This document shows, one piece after another, positions 19,287 through 30,012 of a stretch of 64,000 nt of DNA (its first letter is position 1; the number at the start of each line of letters is the position of its first letter). The notes under the pieces were generated by a model. It saw only the letters and a list, made by a program, of their open reading frames with translations. It was not told where the DNA came from and did no database searches. The stretch spans positions 2,650 to 66,649 of the forward strand of contig JBAZZD010000003.1 in NCBI GenBank assembly GCA_041659005.1. Reading direction: 5' to 3'. A program made the translations under genes and the position numbers. Source of the stretch: Minisyncoccota bacterium (GTDB taxonomy: Bacteria > Patescibacteriota > Minisyncoccia > UBA6257 > GWB1-50-10).

Positions 19287-19628
19287 ATGAGTTTTTCAAA
19301 AGAACAAACAGAGGAGCTTAAAATAAAACTTCTCGAAGAAAAAAAGAGAATTCTTTCACACTTAAAAAGTGCAAAAAAGAGTTCTGGTTTTGGTGGGGGA
19401 GCCGAAGACCCTGAGGACGAGGCAGATGAGACAGAAGAGTTTGCAAATTATCTTGGCGTTGAACAGATTGAAGAAAATTCAATCCACGAAATTGACGTTG
19501 CGCTCGACAAAATGACTGATGGATCATACGGAATATGCGAACAGTGCGACCAAGACATTTCTTATGAATTACTTTCTATTCAACCAGAATCAAAGTTGTG
19601 TAAACAATGCAAACTTGCCGGAAAATAA
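19287..19628 (+). CDS. DksA/TraR C4 zinc-finger protein
   Basis: Coiled coil with acidic tip (DEADE); YGICEQC...CKQC. Confidence 0.88.
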   Translation: MSFSKEQTEELKIKLLEEKKRILSHLKSAKKSSGFGGGAEDPEDEADETEEFANYLGVEQIEENSIHEIDVALDKMTDGSYGICEQCDQDISYELLSIQPESKLCKQCKLAGK

Positions 19629-19631
19629 CTT

Positions 19632-21158
19632 ATGAGTGTTCCAAAGATTTTCTCTGCAGAACTCGAGGGAATTGACGCGGAACTTGTTGAGGTTGAGGCC
19701 GACTTACATGTCGGTCTCCATTCATTTAATATTGTCGGATTAGCAGATAAGGCGGTCTCAGAAGCAAAGGAACGAGTTGACTCAGCTTTAAAAAATTCAG
19801 GAATAAAACCTCCATCTAAAGAAAATAGAAAAATAACGATAAATCTCGCTCCCGCAGATACAAAAAAGGCTGGATCCCGTTTTGACCTCGCAATTGCACT
19901 TGCATATCTACTCGCAAGTGAACAGGTAAAACCATTTAATACAACAAAATCACTTTTTATTGGAGAATTATCACTTGATGGAACATTACGTCCTATTTCT
20001 GGCGCTTTAAATGTTGCACTTCTCACAAAACGGATTGGACTCACCTCATTATTTCTTCCGGCACAATGCGCAGAAGAAGCTGCTATTGTCGATGGAATTA
20101 CCATTTATCCAGTAAAAACGCTCTCTGAGCTTATTGAGCACATTGAAACAAGAAAACGAATACAATCACTAAAACATACTGCGGTTACCCAAGCCTATCC
20201 GCAAACAACAACAATGAGTGAAGTGCGCGGGCAAGAAGGGGCGAAACGTGCATTAACCATAGCAGCAGCTGGAGGACATAATGTACTTATGAGTGGCACG
20301 CCTGGAACGGGAAAAACGATGCTTGCAAACGCATTACAAAGCATACTTCCACTTCCATCACTAAAAGAACAGATTGAAATTACTAGTATTTGGAGTTCTG
20401 CTGGACTTACTCAGAGTCGCTCATATATTAAGAACCGCCCGTTTCGCGCCCCACATCACGGAGCGTCACCATCAGCAATTTTGGGAGGAGGAACAAATCC
20501 GCGAGCGGGAGAAATTAGTTTAGCCCATCGTGGCGTTCTGTTCCTTGATGAACTTCCAGAATTTCGTCGCGATGTATTAGAAGGACTTCGCCAACCACTT
20601 GAAGAGGGGAGAATATGTGTTGCTCGCGCGAAAAAGGCGCTTTCGTTTCCCGCACGATTTATACTTATTGGCGCGATGAATCCATGTCCATGTGGATATT
20701 TTGAATCAAACGAAAAAGAGTGTACGTGCACCGCGCATGATGTATTACGGTATCGTAAAAAACTTTCAGGACCTCTTCTTGATCGGTTTGATATTCACAT
20801 AACAGTTCCGCGCGTCCCCATTGAAGAGTTGCGGAGACCTCGAGAAGAGAATGACGATACACAATTTCGCTCATGTGTTGCTCGCGCACGAGAAATTCAA
20901 CAAAAACGATTTGAAAAGTCAGATCTTCCAATACACACAAATTCTGAAATGCGCTCAAAAGATACGGAATTATTCGCAAATCTTTCTGACGATGCTGAAT
21001 TATTTCTAAAAAAGATTCTCGAAAGAAATATCCTTTCCACTCGTGGATATTATAGGATACTTAAGGTTGCAAGAACTGTCGCCGACATTGAATCATCAGA
21101 AGAGATAAAAAAAGAACACCTTGCTGAGGCGTTCCAATATAGAATACAAAGTGACTAA
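19632..21158 (+). CDS. comM: ComM / YifB Mg-chelatase-like AAA+ ATPase
   Basis: [60 protein letters not shown]. Confidence 0.93.
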   Translation: MSVPKIFSAELEGIDAELVEVEADLHVGLHSFNIVGLADKAVSEAKERVDSALKNSGIKPPSKENRKITINLAPADTKKAGSRFDLAIALAYLLASEQVKPFNTTKSLFIGELSLDGTLRPISGALNVALLTKRIGLTSLFLPAQCAEEAAIVDGITIYPVKTLSELIEHIETRKRIQSLKHTAVTQAYPQTTTMSEVRGQEGAKRALTIAAAGGHNVLMSGTPGTGKTMLANALQSILPLPSLKEQIEITSIWSSAGLTQSRSYIKNRPFRAPHHGASPSAILGGGTNPRAGEISLAHRGVLFLDELPEFRRDVLEGLRQPLEEGRICVARAKKALSFPARFILIGAMNPCPCGYFESNEKECTCTAHDVLRYRKKLSGPLLDRFDIHITVPRVPIEELRRPREENDDTQFRSCVARAREIQQKRFEKSDLPIHTNSEMRSKDTELFANLSDDAELFLKKILERNILSTRGYYRILKVARTVADIESSEEIKKEHLAEAFQYRIQSD

Positions 21159-21160
21159 AT

Positions 21161-21200
21161 CCCGTTAGAGATAATATAATTGAAAAATATTTCTAACAAG
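21161..21200. mobile_element. Minimal 40-bp copy of the inverted-end element between convergent genes
   Basis: CCCGTTAGAGATA ... TATTTCTAACAAG. Confidence 0.55.
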
Positions 21201-21212
21201 CCCAAATAAAAA

Positions 21213-22256
21213 TTATTGAAGTACAAAGGGGTTTTTTGCTCCAATAACTTCAAAGTGCACGTGGCATCCATTTACCGACTCCGCATTTCCCGTATTTCCC
21301 ATCGTTCCTAAGGTCTGTCCACGAGAAACTACATCTCCTATATCAACAACTATTTCATTAAGATGGGCATATCGCGTTTTTGTTCCATTTGTGTGTTCCA
21401 ACAAAACAAAACTCCCATAGCCTCCGTTCCATCCCAAGGGTCCACTCCCAAATATATCATCTTTTATAGCCACGCCATCTGCGGCAGCAACTACGTTCGT
21501 TTCACATTTATTTGCGATATCAACCGCATTCTCTTTGTGTAGCTCACCCCAATTCCATCCGATCGCAGGAAGTGAGAAAAATCCATTCGTATTTGGAAGA
21601 TTTTTCGCGACGACCTCATTTTCCTTTACTGTCGCATAGGGAAGAAAAATTGTTCCGCTTCCTTCTGAAAAGACGGCAATGTACGAAGGATTAAACTGCT
21701 TAATGAGACTTTGTGACACTTCATATTTTTCAGAAACCGAAACGATTGAATCGTTCGGCTTCACTGAATACAATAATCCATTTGTCGGAAGGATGGTAAT
21801 ACTCTCTCCTCGTTTTACTTCTTTTTTTATCTGTGGATTTGCTAATTGTATTGTAGTGGTGGAAAGGGAAAATTTTGATGCAATACCACGCAATGTCTCC
21901 CCTTTTTGAACTTTATATATTTTTATCCCGTCTCGGGAGGTCCCTATATTTGTACCCGAATATCCCAAGTCGCCCACAAAGCTTTCACTTTGTGGTTCTT
22001 TTATAATTCCTTGGGAAAACCCCCACACTACCGACCCAGAAACGGATGGGTCTTTTATTTCTTCTGAAATTCCACCCCTCTCAAATTTTTGAAGTTCAAG
22101 ATCGTTATTAAAAAACAACGAACCGACAAAAATAACAAGGTATGAGACCACCACGCAGCTAACAACGCACAAAAAACCCAAAAAATGGAATTTTTCCGTA
22201 TTCGGTATAAATCCGCGCAATGCGCGGAGGTGTTTATATAAGTCCTGAATATTCAT
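21213..22256 (-). CDS. LysM + M23 peptidase
   Basis: Two LysM repeats; H...VDIA, GGYG..V...H..GTKTRYAHL, GNTG, HVHFEV. Confidence 0.92.
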   Translation of the reverse strand: MNIQDLYKHLRALRGFIPNTEKFHFLGFLCVVSCVVVSYLVIFVGSLFFNNDLELQKFERGGISEEIKDPSVSGSVVWGFSQGIIKEPQSESFVGDLGYSGTNIGTSRDGIKIYKVQKGETLRGIASKFSLSTTTIQLANPQIKKEVKRGESITILPTNGLLYSVKPNDSIVSVSEKYEVSQSLIKQFNPSYIAVFSEGSGTIFLPYATVKENEVVAKNLPNTNGFFSLPAIGWNWGELHKENAVDIANKCETNVVAAADGVAIKDDIFGSGPLGWNGGYGSFVLLEHTNGTKTRYAHLNEIVVDIGDVVSRGQTLGTMGNTGNAESVNGCHVHFEVIGAKNPFVLQ

Positions 22257-22309
22257 ACTATACCAAGATTTTGGTAATTATTCAATTTTTGCTATATAAT
22301 CTTTATTAT

Positions 22310-22660
22310 ATGCGTCTTTTTATTTTTTTGTTCATTTCTCTTGTTGTATTAACACCGCTTGTCTCTTTTGCGGCGGGGCTTGGCTTCGGCGGAAAAGTAA
22401 TAACCTCGGTTTCTGCCCCAATTGTTTGCCTTGGGATTGGGCCAATAACAATAGCACCTGCCGGAATTTCTCCCGCAGCTCTTTATGCAACAGAACCAGC
22501 AACGGTAATAAATAAAAATTATTCAATAACGTCTGGTGGATATATTCTTGGGCTTTATCTTCCAACATTATCTCCTCTTTGTTGGATTCCTGTTCCGCCA
22601 CCAGGAGTGCCTACTCCAATATACGTATTTCCAATTATTACATACGGCTCCTCACGCTAA
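22310..22660 (+). CDS. Small secreted hypothetical protein
   Basis: Signal peptide, FGGKV motif, two Cys. ATG 22310. Confidence 0.6.
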   Translation: MRLFIFLFISLVVLTPLVSFAAGLGFGGKVITSVSAPIVCLGIGPITIAPAGISPAALYATEPATVINKNYSITSGGYILGLYLPTLSPLCWIPVPPPGVPTPIYVFPIITYGSSR

Positions 22661-22665
22661 ATTAT

Positions 22666-23463
22666 ATGAGGCAAAAACTTGGTCAACATTTTCTGAAAAA
22701 CGAACAGACCCTTTCTTTTATTGCACGAAACTCAAATATTAAACAAAACGATTTCGTTATTGAAATTGGCTCTGGGCACGGGGAGCTAACAAAATATCTC
22801 ATTTTAGAAACCAAAAAAAACAACGCGCGTCTGTTGTGTATTGAAAAAGATCCTACATTTTTTACGCCAATTAAAATACTCATTGGGAAAAATAATGAGC
22901 TTTTGAAGGGAGACGTACGAGAAATATTACCCCTAATTAATAGAAAGTTAGGAGGACATCCATATGTAATTATAGGAAATATCCCATATTACCTTACTTC
23001 ATTTCTCTTTCGTATCATAAGTGAATTAGAGACAAAGCCGCACACTATAACACTCTTAATTCAAAAAGAAGTTGCTGAACGAATCAAAGAAAAGCCGCCA
23101 AAACAAAATCTCCTCTCTGCAATTATTGCTTCATTTGCTGACGCAAAAATTGTTAAGCGCGTTTCCCGTGGGCAGTTTTCACCACCACCAAAAGTAGACT
23201 CGGCAGTTGTTCAACTAACCACTCACAACCGCTATACACAAAAGGAAATAGACATTTATATAAAAACTGCAAAAATATTATTTTCACAACCAAGAAAAAC
23301 TATTTTTAATAACGCACGCTGCCACAAGGAGGAGATACAATTGTCAGAAAGCACGATACGCGATATATTTTTCGCTGCAAAAGTAAAAGAAAGTGATCGT
23401 GCGCAGGCACTAACCCCAAAAACCATGATGGTACTTGCAAAAATGTTGTATAATGAAATGTAA
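22666..23463 (+). CDS. rsmA: 16S rRNA m6,2A dimethyltransferase RsmA/KsgA
   Basis: LGQHFL, VIEIGSGHG, GNIPYYLT, QKEVAER, FSPPPKVDSAV. Confidence 0.96.
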   Translation: MRQKLGQHFLKNEQTLSFIARNSNIKQNDFVIEIGSGHGELTKYLILETKKNNARLLCIEKDPTFFTPIKILIGKNNELLKGDVREILPLINRKLGGHPYVIIGNIPYYLTSFLFRIISELETKPHTITLLIQKEVAERIKEKPPKQNLLSAIIASFADAKIVKRVSRGQFSPPPKVDSAVVQLTTHNRYTQKEIDIYIKTAKILFSQPRKTIFNNARCHKEEIQLSESTIRDIFFAAKVKESDRAQALTPKTMMVLAKMLYNEM

Positions 23464-24209
23464 TGAGGAAGAAAAAAGTCCTCGCATTTGTGGTGGTTGC
23501 TATAGGCGTCTCATGTTCGGCGTATCTTTTGTTTTCAAACTCGAACGCGGGAGCATCTTCTCTAACAATCGCCGGCTCTGAACGGGCCGACGCGCGTTTT
23601 ATCACCTCAAATGAGGCGCTTCCCTTATTAAATGATCCAACATTTAACGCAACAGATCAGGTTATTAGGGATTACGAACAAGCAATTTTTGAATACAACA
23701 GAGGGAAAAAAAGTGGGGACACCGCACGACTTCCCAATGATGCTGATATAGAGAATATGATTAGCAAATATACAACTCAAACGTTTGATTTTCAAAAATA
23801 CACCGAAAAAGACATAAAAATAAGTAAGAGCTCGTCACTTGGCGAATTAACAACATATTTAGAAAAGGTAAAAAATGAGAATGATGAAGCAAAAAGAACT
23901 GCCCCATCAAATATTGTTTCTGCGATTGGATTGTTTGTTTCCGAAAAAAACGCGGAAGAAGTTGGAAAACATATTTCCGCCCAATCGGAGTTTATCAATG
24001 CACTCCTTAGTATGCCCGTTGTTCCCGAATGGAAGGCCTTTCACTTACAATTATTAAATAACGCGGAGGAAAAACGTTTTCTCTTAAAAGTTATTTTTGA
24101 AAACCAAGAAGATCCAATAAAGGTGGTTTCTGCGGTTAAAAATATTGAAAGTGCGTTAATAAAAGAAGATACAATTTGGAAGGCCGCACTGGAAACCCTA
24201 AAAAAGTAA
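23463..24209 (+). CDS. Hypothetical exported protein (first gene of the T4SS-like locus)
   Basis: N-terminal TM, helical; overlaps the rsmA stop. Confidence 0.7.
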   Translation: MRKKKVLAFVVVAIGVSCSAYLLFSNSNAGASSLTIAGSERADARFITSNEALPLLNDPTFNATDQVIRDYEQAIFEYNRGKKSGDTARLPNDADIENMISKYTTQTFDFQKYTEKDIKISKSSSLGELTTYLEKVKNENDEAKRTAPSNIVSAIGLFVSEKNAEEVGKHISAQSEFINALLSMPVVPEWKAFHLQLLNNAEEKRFLLKVIFENQEDPIKVVSAVKNIESALIKEDTIWKAALETLKK

Positions 24210-24210
24210 T

Positions 24211-26175
24211 ATGCAGAAAATCCTAACAAAAATAACTGCGACGATTCTTATATTTTCATTTTTTGCTATATATATACCAAAACAAGCAAGTGCCGCATCA
24301 CAATCTTCTATAACCGACATTGCACTTCAATGTGGGCTTGTTGATCTTGGAAAGGATGTGCTTGAGGGACTTGGAATTCCAACTTCTCCAAAAGAAGTTG
24401 TTGATCTTGGAAAAAATTTACTAGCGACAGAGGCAAAGGAAGAAATTGGAAAAGAAATTGGAAAAGAAATAAAAAAAATTATACCATTACCAATTGGTGG
24501 CAGTGTGCCAGTATACGATGCGGATGTGAAAATAACTTTAAAAGAGGTTGTAATGGTGGCTGATAGAAAAAATGCAGAAAAAGTGCAAGAAAAAATAAAA
24601 ACAGCAAGCGTTGAAAATTGTCTTCTTGCAATAAAAGATTTCGCATTAAAGGTGGCACTCGCCCGATTAAAAAAACAGCTTTTGGACAGGATTGCTGACC
24701 AAACACTTGAGTGGATTAATAACGATTTTCGTGGACAACCGCGTTTCATAACCAACTTTGGAGACGTGTTTGACGATTCATATCAAGCGGCCGTTGGTGA
24801 TGTCGCGCGAGACATTGGTCTCGGAAAATTATGCGACGAAAAACTCTCATTAAAACTTCAACTTAATCTTCGGGCGCCAACACAAAAAAAGTTTACACAA
24901 GATGCATCATGCACACTTGATAAAATAGTTGGAAATATCAACTCATTCAAAGACGATTTTAGAAACGGAGGGTGGATTGGCTATACTGAATCACTTTCCC
25001 CAAGCAATAATCGTTTTGGACTTGAACTTCTTGCGATGGATCAAATGTATTCATTGCAACAAAAGAACGAAAAGGTTGCAGCACAAGAAGCAAGTACCGG
25101 ATCTGGATTTAATGGAGAAAAAGTATGCGATAGATGGAGGCTTGATCTTGTTGATAAAACAACAAAAGTAGTTGTTCCGCAAAAAATATATCTTGGTTTT
25201 ATATCGGAATTTCCCGATCCTAGAAAACCTCTTCAAAATACAACTGGTGCCTCTTATGAAGATGGACTTACGCTTGCGGCAAAACTTTCAGTACAAGCTT
25301 CACTTCTTAATTCCTACGATGCTCATGGTTCCGGATGGATATGTGATCATACATACATAAACACCCCAGGAGATACTGCACGCACAGCACTACAGAACAC
25401 CTTTACTCAAGATCAATCCTATATTACAAGCGCAGAAAATCTTGAAGATTATATTAATGTTATTTTTGACGCAGCGGTTACCCGTCTTATCAATAACGGT
25501 GTTAAGGGAATTGTAAATGCTGGAAAAGGACTTTTTAAAGATAATCCTGACACACAGAGCAATTTTGGCGCCAACAGAGAGGGAACAGCATATGGAGATA
25601 CCAAAATACAAGATTCCTATTACAATAGTAGAGCTACAACCGACATACTCGATGAGGCAGCAAAAGAAAAACAGAAAGAAATTGAAGACTTGAATGACAA
25701 AATAAGGCAACAAGACAAAACAAATCTTCAAACACGATTTAATGCTGCAACATCCTCATTTAAAACCGCAAGTTCGTCAGTGGATGCTGCAAAAATATCA
25801 CTAGACAAACTGGATAATAAACTCGTTAGTCTTTCTAATTGCGAACAACTAAAATCATCACTAGCGGCAGTCTGTCTTTCAACAAGAAACGAACAACAGG
25901 TGGTAGCGGGACACAGGACGTCTCTTGGAAATACATATATACTACTCGCCTCAACCACACAATTGATTTCCCAGGTACAACAACCACTGTCTGCGATACC
26001 CGACGCAGATATTCAAGCGGCTACCGATAGAATTGTACAAATTGAAACCAATATATCTTCAATTTCAAATATCACAAATGAGATAACAACATATTCAGTC
26101 TCTAAGGATGCGGAAATTAGTTCGTTGCTTAATATGTGTTTGAATGCAACCACGTACGACTTCTGTCAACCATAA
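24211..26175 (+). CDS. Large secreted hypothetical protein with coiled-coil C-terminus
   Basis: Signal peptide; WIN..F.GQP.FITN and F.NGGW motifs; several Cys. Confidence 0.75.
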   Translation: MQKILTKITATILIFSFFAIYIPKQASAASQSSITDIALQCGLVDLGKDVLEGLGIPTSPKEVVDLGKNLLATEAKEEIGKEIGKEIKKIIPLPIGGSVPVYDADVKITLKEVVMVADRKNAEKVQEKIKTASVENCLLAIKDFALKVALARLKKQLLDRIADQTLEWINNDFRGQPRFITNFGDVFDDSYQAAVGDVARDIGLGKLCDEKLSLKLQLNLRAPTQKKFTQDASCTLDKIVGNINSFKDDFRNGGWIGYTESLSPSNNRFGLELLAMDQMYSLQQKNEKVAAQEASTGSGFNGEKVCDRWRLDLVDKTTKVVVPQKIYLGFISEFPDPRKPLQNTTGASYEDGLTLAAKLSVQASLLNSYDAHGSGWICDHTYINTPGDTARTALQNTFTQDQSYITSAENLEDYINVIFDAAVTRLINNGVKGIVNAGKGLFKDNPDTQSNFGANREGTAYGDTKIQDSYYNSRATTDILDEAAKEKQKEIEDLNDKIRQQDKTNLQTRFNAATSSFKTASSSVDAAKISLDKLDNKLVSLSNCEQLKSSLAAVCLSTRNEQQVVAGHRTSLGNTYILLASTTQLISQVQQPLSAIPDADIQAATDRIVQIETNISSISNITNEITTYSVSKDAEISSLLNMCLNATTYDFCQP

Positions 26176-26176
26176 A

Positions 26177-28843
26177 ATGCAGATACAACCCCTTCTACAA
26201 CAACATAAAAAACAAATTATTCTTGGCCTTATTTTGGGGTTTGTATTTGCCGCAGGTATATTTACTCCGAGTGTTTCAAATGCGATGCTCGGAATTTCAA
26301 TGTCGAGTATTATCACTTTTGTTTTTAAAGCGGCGGCATATATATTCAACTTTATTTTTGGAATATTTTTTGTAATTGCGGCATGGCTTGTTAGTTTTAC
26401 TCTTCAACTAAACGAGACGGTCGCAGATAAAAACTTCAACACAATTGCGGATGTTGGATGGAGAATCTGTCGTGATGTTGCGAACTTAGGATTCGTGCTC
26501 CTCACGGTCATAATGGCATTTACCACCATAATTCGCGTGCAATCATATGGGGCAAAAAAACTTCTTCTCAATCTCGTTATCGCGGCAGTGGTAGTAAACT
26601 TTAGTTTTGTTATCGCGGGAACACTTATTGATTTCTCTAATGTGCTTACTTCATTCTTTATTAATAGAATAAGCCCAAATGGACTTGGAACAGAGTTTAC
26701 CGAGACGCTTGCTGGCGCTTTCGGTCCACAAAAATTTTTACTAGAGGAAACAGATGACCCCCTTCCTCCAGACCCCAGCCAAGAAGAAAGTGGACTCGTC
26801 ACTTTTGGCACCGCAATGCTCTCATCAATTGCTGGTCTGTTCTTTTCTGTTTTCTTTACGATCCTTGCAACTATCGTGCTTCTTTTGCTCGCCGTAATGC
26901 TACTTGTTCGTTATGTTGCCCTTACCTTTATTCTTGTTCTTGCCCCCCTTGCGTGGTTATTTTGGGTCTTCCCAGGACTCAAATCATATAACAGCCAATG
27001 GTGGTCGGCATTTTGGAAATATACATTCTTCGCTCCCGCGGTATCATTTTTCGTATATTTATCAATTCTTGCCGCCGAAGGACTCAAATCTGCAGGATAT
27101 CAAGAAAAAATTATGATGGTTGGCGGAGGACTTCCAAACATGCTTGCAAAAATAGCACAGCAAGGAACGCAAATGATTGTAGTTGCCGGACTTATGATTG
27201 GTGGAATTATAGTTGCCCAAAAAATGGGAATTGAGGGAGCGAATATCGCCAACAAGGCAAAAGACGGAATGATGAAAAAAGCAAAGGATTACGGGAAAGA
27301 TAGGGCGACAAATTTTGGAACACGGTTATCAAAAACATCAGTGGGGGGTACTGTTTCCTCTGGACTTAAGAAAGTGGGTGGATACTTCAAGGGAACAGGA
27401 GAGGACATTCAAAAGAAACGGGAAGCAGCAAAGGCAAAACACCTTGGATATAAAGACCAGATCGCTACAATTAATAACTCATCAAAATCTCCAGAACAAA
27501 AAAGAGAGGAGATTAATAATCTCAAGAAGGTACAGGATCAGAAAGCAGAAAACTACAATAACGCATTAAAAGAATTTAACGAAAAGAAAAAAGAAATAAA
27601 TAGCAACAAAGACATTTCAAAAGAACAGAAAAAGAAAGACATTGAGGCCCTAAAGAAACAATATGATTTGGAGAATATTCGTCCAGATCGCCTTGGATTT
27701 GGAAGCAGAATTGGTCTTTGGGCAAAAGATAAGACGCTTGGCTCAACTACTCGGTCGGTTGGGGGTGGAATAGAGGCAACTGGAAAAGGAATTGATAAAC
27801 AGGCAATAAAAGAGATAAAGAAGACAAAGAATTGGGGAGAATCTCTTGTTCGTGGCGCACTTCTTGGTGCCGGACTCATGAAAGAGAAGGAAAAGAAAGA
27901 CGAAAAGAAGACGGCCGCAGAACTTGAAAAAGATCTTCAAAAGAAACTTAAAACAAAACAAGATAAACTTAAATTGCGTAACACCGATGGTTCGGTTCGC
28001 TTTAAGGAGGACGACCTAAAGGAAGACAACAAGCAGATTGAGTTTGGACGACAAGCATTCGCTGGCGCGTATCGTAGCCGATTGAGAAACATGGAAGAGG
28101 TGGACATAGAAAAAGAGCACTCATCAACACTTAAACAGCGCAAGGGTGCAAAGACAAAAGACGAGGAAATTCTTGCAAACAATAAACTTGATGCGATTCG
28201 CCAGACTACAAAAATGAAAACTGGCAGACTTGAAAATATAGAACAGATCGAAACCGCACTCGCAAAGGAAAAAAATAGAAAAGATGAAGCATTCGTAAAT
28301 GGAGTTGATACAACCCCGTACGAAAAGGTAATAAGTGAATATGAAGGAAAAATACGATCATTGAGTGGAAGGGTCTCAAATCGCCTTGAGGTATTCAAAA
28401 AGATGGAAGAAAGATTAAACGCGCTAGACAAGAAACGCAACGAAAAATTAAAGGAGATTGCATCAAAACTTACGTCAGGATCGGCAACAGAAGCAAGGGA
28501 AGATGTTGGCTTCAAACAAATTGAGACCATAACAAAATCGTTCAGATCAAACATTGAAAACGTTGAATCTGTCCTTTCTCGAAAGGCGCAAAAACTTGGG
28601 GAATTAGACAAAAAATTAAATGATTTGAATGAAATAAAATTAAAAACATCTGGACTAAGCGAATTAGAACTCAGCAGTTGGGGGGTCACTCAAGAAGAAC
28701 AAACAGAACTTATAAAAGAAATTGATAAGGGTATTCTTGAAACACAAAGCTTAATAGAAAAGAGAAAAGAGAAAAGAGAAAAGAAAGGAGAAAAGAAAGG
28801 AGAAAAGAAGGAAGAGGAGAAAAAGTCCGGTCTTGTTGGCTGA
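26177..28843 (+). CDS. VirB6/TrbL-like polytopic membrane protein with long charged coiled-coil tail
   Basis: GWRICRDVAN, VVNFSFVIAGTLIDFSN, R...L..LAPLAW...W motifs; tail of over 500 aa rich in K/E. Confidence 0.75.
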   Translation: MQIQPLLQQHKKQIILGLILGFVFAAGIFTPSVSNAMLGISMSSIITFVFKAAAYIFNFIFGIFFVIAAWLVSFTLQLNETVADKNFNTIADVGWRICRDVANLGFVLLTVIMAFTTIIRVQSYGAKKLLLNLVIAAVVVNFSFVIAGTLIDFSNVLTSFFINRISPNGLGTEFTETLAGAFGPQKFLLEETDDPLPPDPSQEESGLVTFGTAMLSSIAGLFFSVFFTILATIVLLLLAVMLLVRYVALTFILVLAPLAWLFWVFPGLKSYNSQWWSAFWKYTFFAPAVSFFVYLSILAAEGLKSAGYQEKIMMVGGGLPNMLAKIAQQGTQMIVVAGLMIGGIIVAQKMGIEGANIANKAKDGMMKKAKDYGKDRATNFGTRLSKTSVGGTVSSGLKKVGGYFKGTGEDIQKKREAAKAKHLGYKDQIATINNSSKSPEQKREEINNLKKVQDQKAENYNNALKEFNEKKKEINSNKDISKEQKKKDIEALKKQYDLENIRPDRLGFGSRIGLWAKDKTLGSTTRSVGGGIEATGKGIDKQAIKEIKKTKNWGESLVRGALLGAGLMKEKEKKDEKKTAAELEKDLQKKLKTKQDKLKLRNTDGSVRFKEDDLKEDNKQIEFGRQAFAGAYRSRLRNMEEVDIEKEHSSTLKQRKGAKTKDEEILANNKLDAIRQTTKMKTGRLENIEQIETALAKEKNRKDEAFVNGVDTTPYEKVISEYEGKIRSLSGRVSNRLEVFKKMEERLNALDKKRNEKLKEIASKLTSGSATEAREDVGFKQIETITKSFRSNIENVESVLSRKAQKLGELDKKLNDLNEIKLKTSGLSELELSSWGVTQEEQTELIKEIDKGILETQSLIEKRKEKREKKGEKKGEKKEEEKKSGLVG

Positions 28844-28866
28844 TTTAGAAATTACTACAAATAACA

Positions 28867-29955
28867 ATGGACTACTCAAAATTTACCGAAGAACTATTTG
28901 ATGAGCGATACGAGACAATCCCAGCGTCCCTGCGGGCCGCGTTTGAATCAGATAAAACAAAACGAACCCTTGAAAACATTGAACGCGAACATTATTTAAA
29001 TCCTGATAAATCAGTTATTCTCGAACAGTTGGTCGGCTTAACGCTCATGGGATTTATTCCGCTCAGAAATCTTTCGCGCGAAGTTGGAGAGCAATTATTT
29101 CTCAATTTTGAACACGCACAAGTGCTCACGAATGAAATTTATAATCGTGTTCTTGCCCCATATGAGGACGAAATAACAGAGACTTACAAATCAGTGGAGG
29201 AAATGATTGCAGAAAAAGAACAAATTGATGAAGCTATTAATTCGCGAAAAAAGGATTCAATTGAACAGGGGAAGAACGAGAACAACGAAGAAACAATACG
29301 ACCAAGTTTTTTCAGTAAAGAAATAAATGAGTCCCCAATAAAAATTGAGACGTCTGAGGACGCGCCACTCATCATCCATGAGGAGCCATCATTTTTCACA
29401 AAACAGGATCGGAGCGATAGAGAAAAACAAATCGAGACACCATTTAATAGATTTATTCCTTCGTCGTCCGAATCCATAGAAAAAAAGGCGCCACGAGCAA
29501 AGATTGAAGGAGGGAATAACCCATTCTCTTTTCTTAATCCAGCACAAAAAACAACAGTTCATTATAGTGAAACTCGAACTGGATTAAAACAAGAAATTGG
29601 ACCCGAAAACGAGGTGGTAAGCATTGGAGCAATTGACCGAATGACCCAAGGACCACAAGAAGAACAGAAAATTCTTTCAGAAACAAAACCCTTGGGAAAT
29701 ATGATAACTATTCAGACTCCCGAAGTAATAAATATCGCGCCAACAATTGCCACAAAAGCTGATACCTCACTTATAGAATCAGCTGTAATGCCAGAACAAA
29801 AACCAGAGAAAAAATCTTCTTGGATATCAAATATATTCAATCAGAAAAATAACATAAATAAATCCGAGACGCTATTACCCGAAATTCAAATACACGAACA
29901 AAAACCAGAAATAACACAATCGGTAATCCAAGGGAACACTATAAATCTAAAATAA
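28867..29955 (+). CDS. Hypothetical protein (helical N-terminus, low-complexity C-terminus)
   Basis: 362-aa ORF in the operon. Confidence 0.7.
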   Translation: MDYSKFTEELFDERYETIPASLRAAFESDKTKRTLENIEREHYLNPDKSVILEQLVGLTLMGFIPLRNLSREVGEQLFLNFEHAQVLTNEIYNRVLAPYEDEITETYKSVEEMIAEKEQIDEAINSRKKDSIEQGKNENNEETIRPSFFSKEINESPIKIETSEDAPLIIHEEPSFFTKQDRSDREKQIETPFNRFIPSSSESIEKKAPRAKIEGGNNPFSFLNPAQKTTVHYSETRTGLKQEIGPENEVVSIGAIDRMTQGPQEEQKILSETKPLGNMITIQTPEVINIAPTIATKADTSLIESAVMPEQKPEKKSSWISNIFNQKNNINKSETLLPEIQIHEQKPEITQSVIQGNTINLK

Positions 29956-30012
29956 AGAGGTATTCGTTCCCCAATGTGCTTGTTTTGTTATTATCTATTA
30001 CAATAAAGAAGT

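Noticed and set aside
24441-24470. 12-bp microrepeats (EIGK here, EIAK in pnp)
   Set aside because: Two to three in-frame copies; ordinary slippage in helical segments.
27937-28689. 250-aa antisense ORF (and the many other antisense ORFs in the track)
   Set aside because: Shadow frames of K/E-rich or conserved genes; S/F/L-rich with no motifs.
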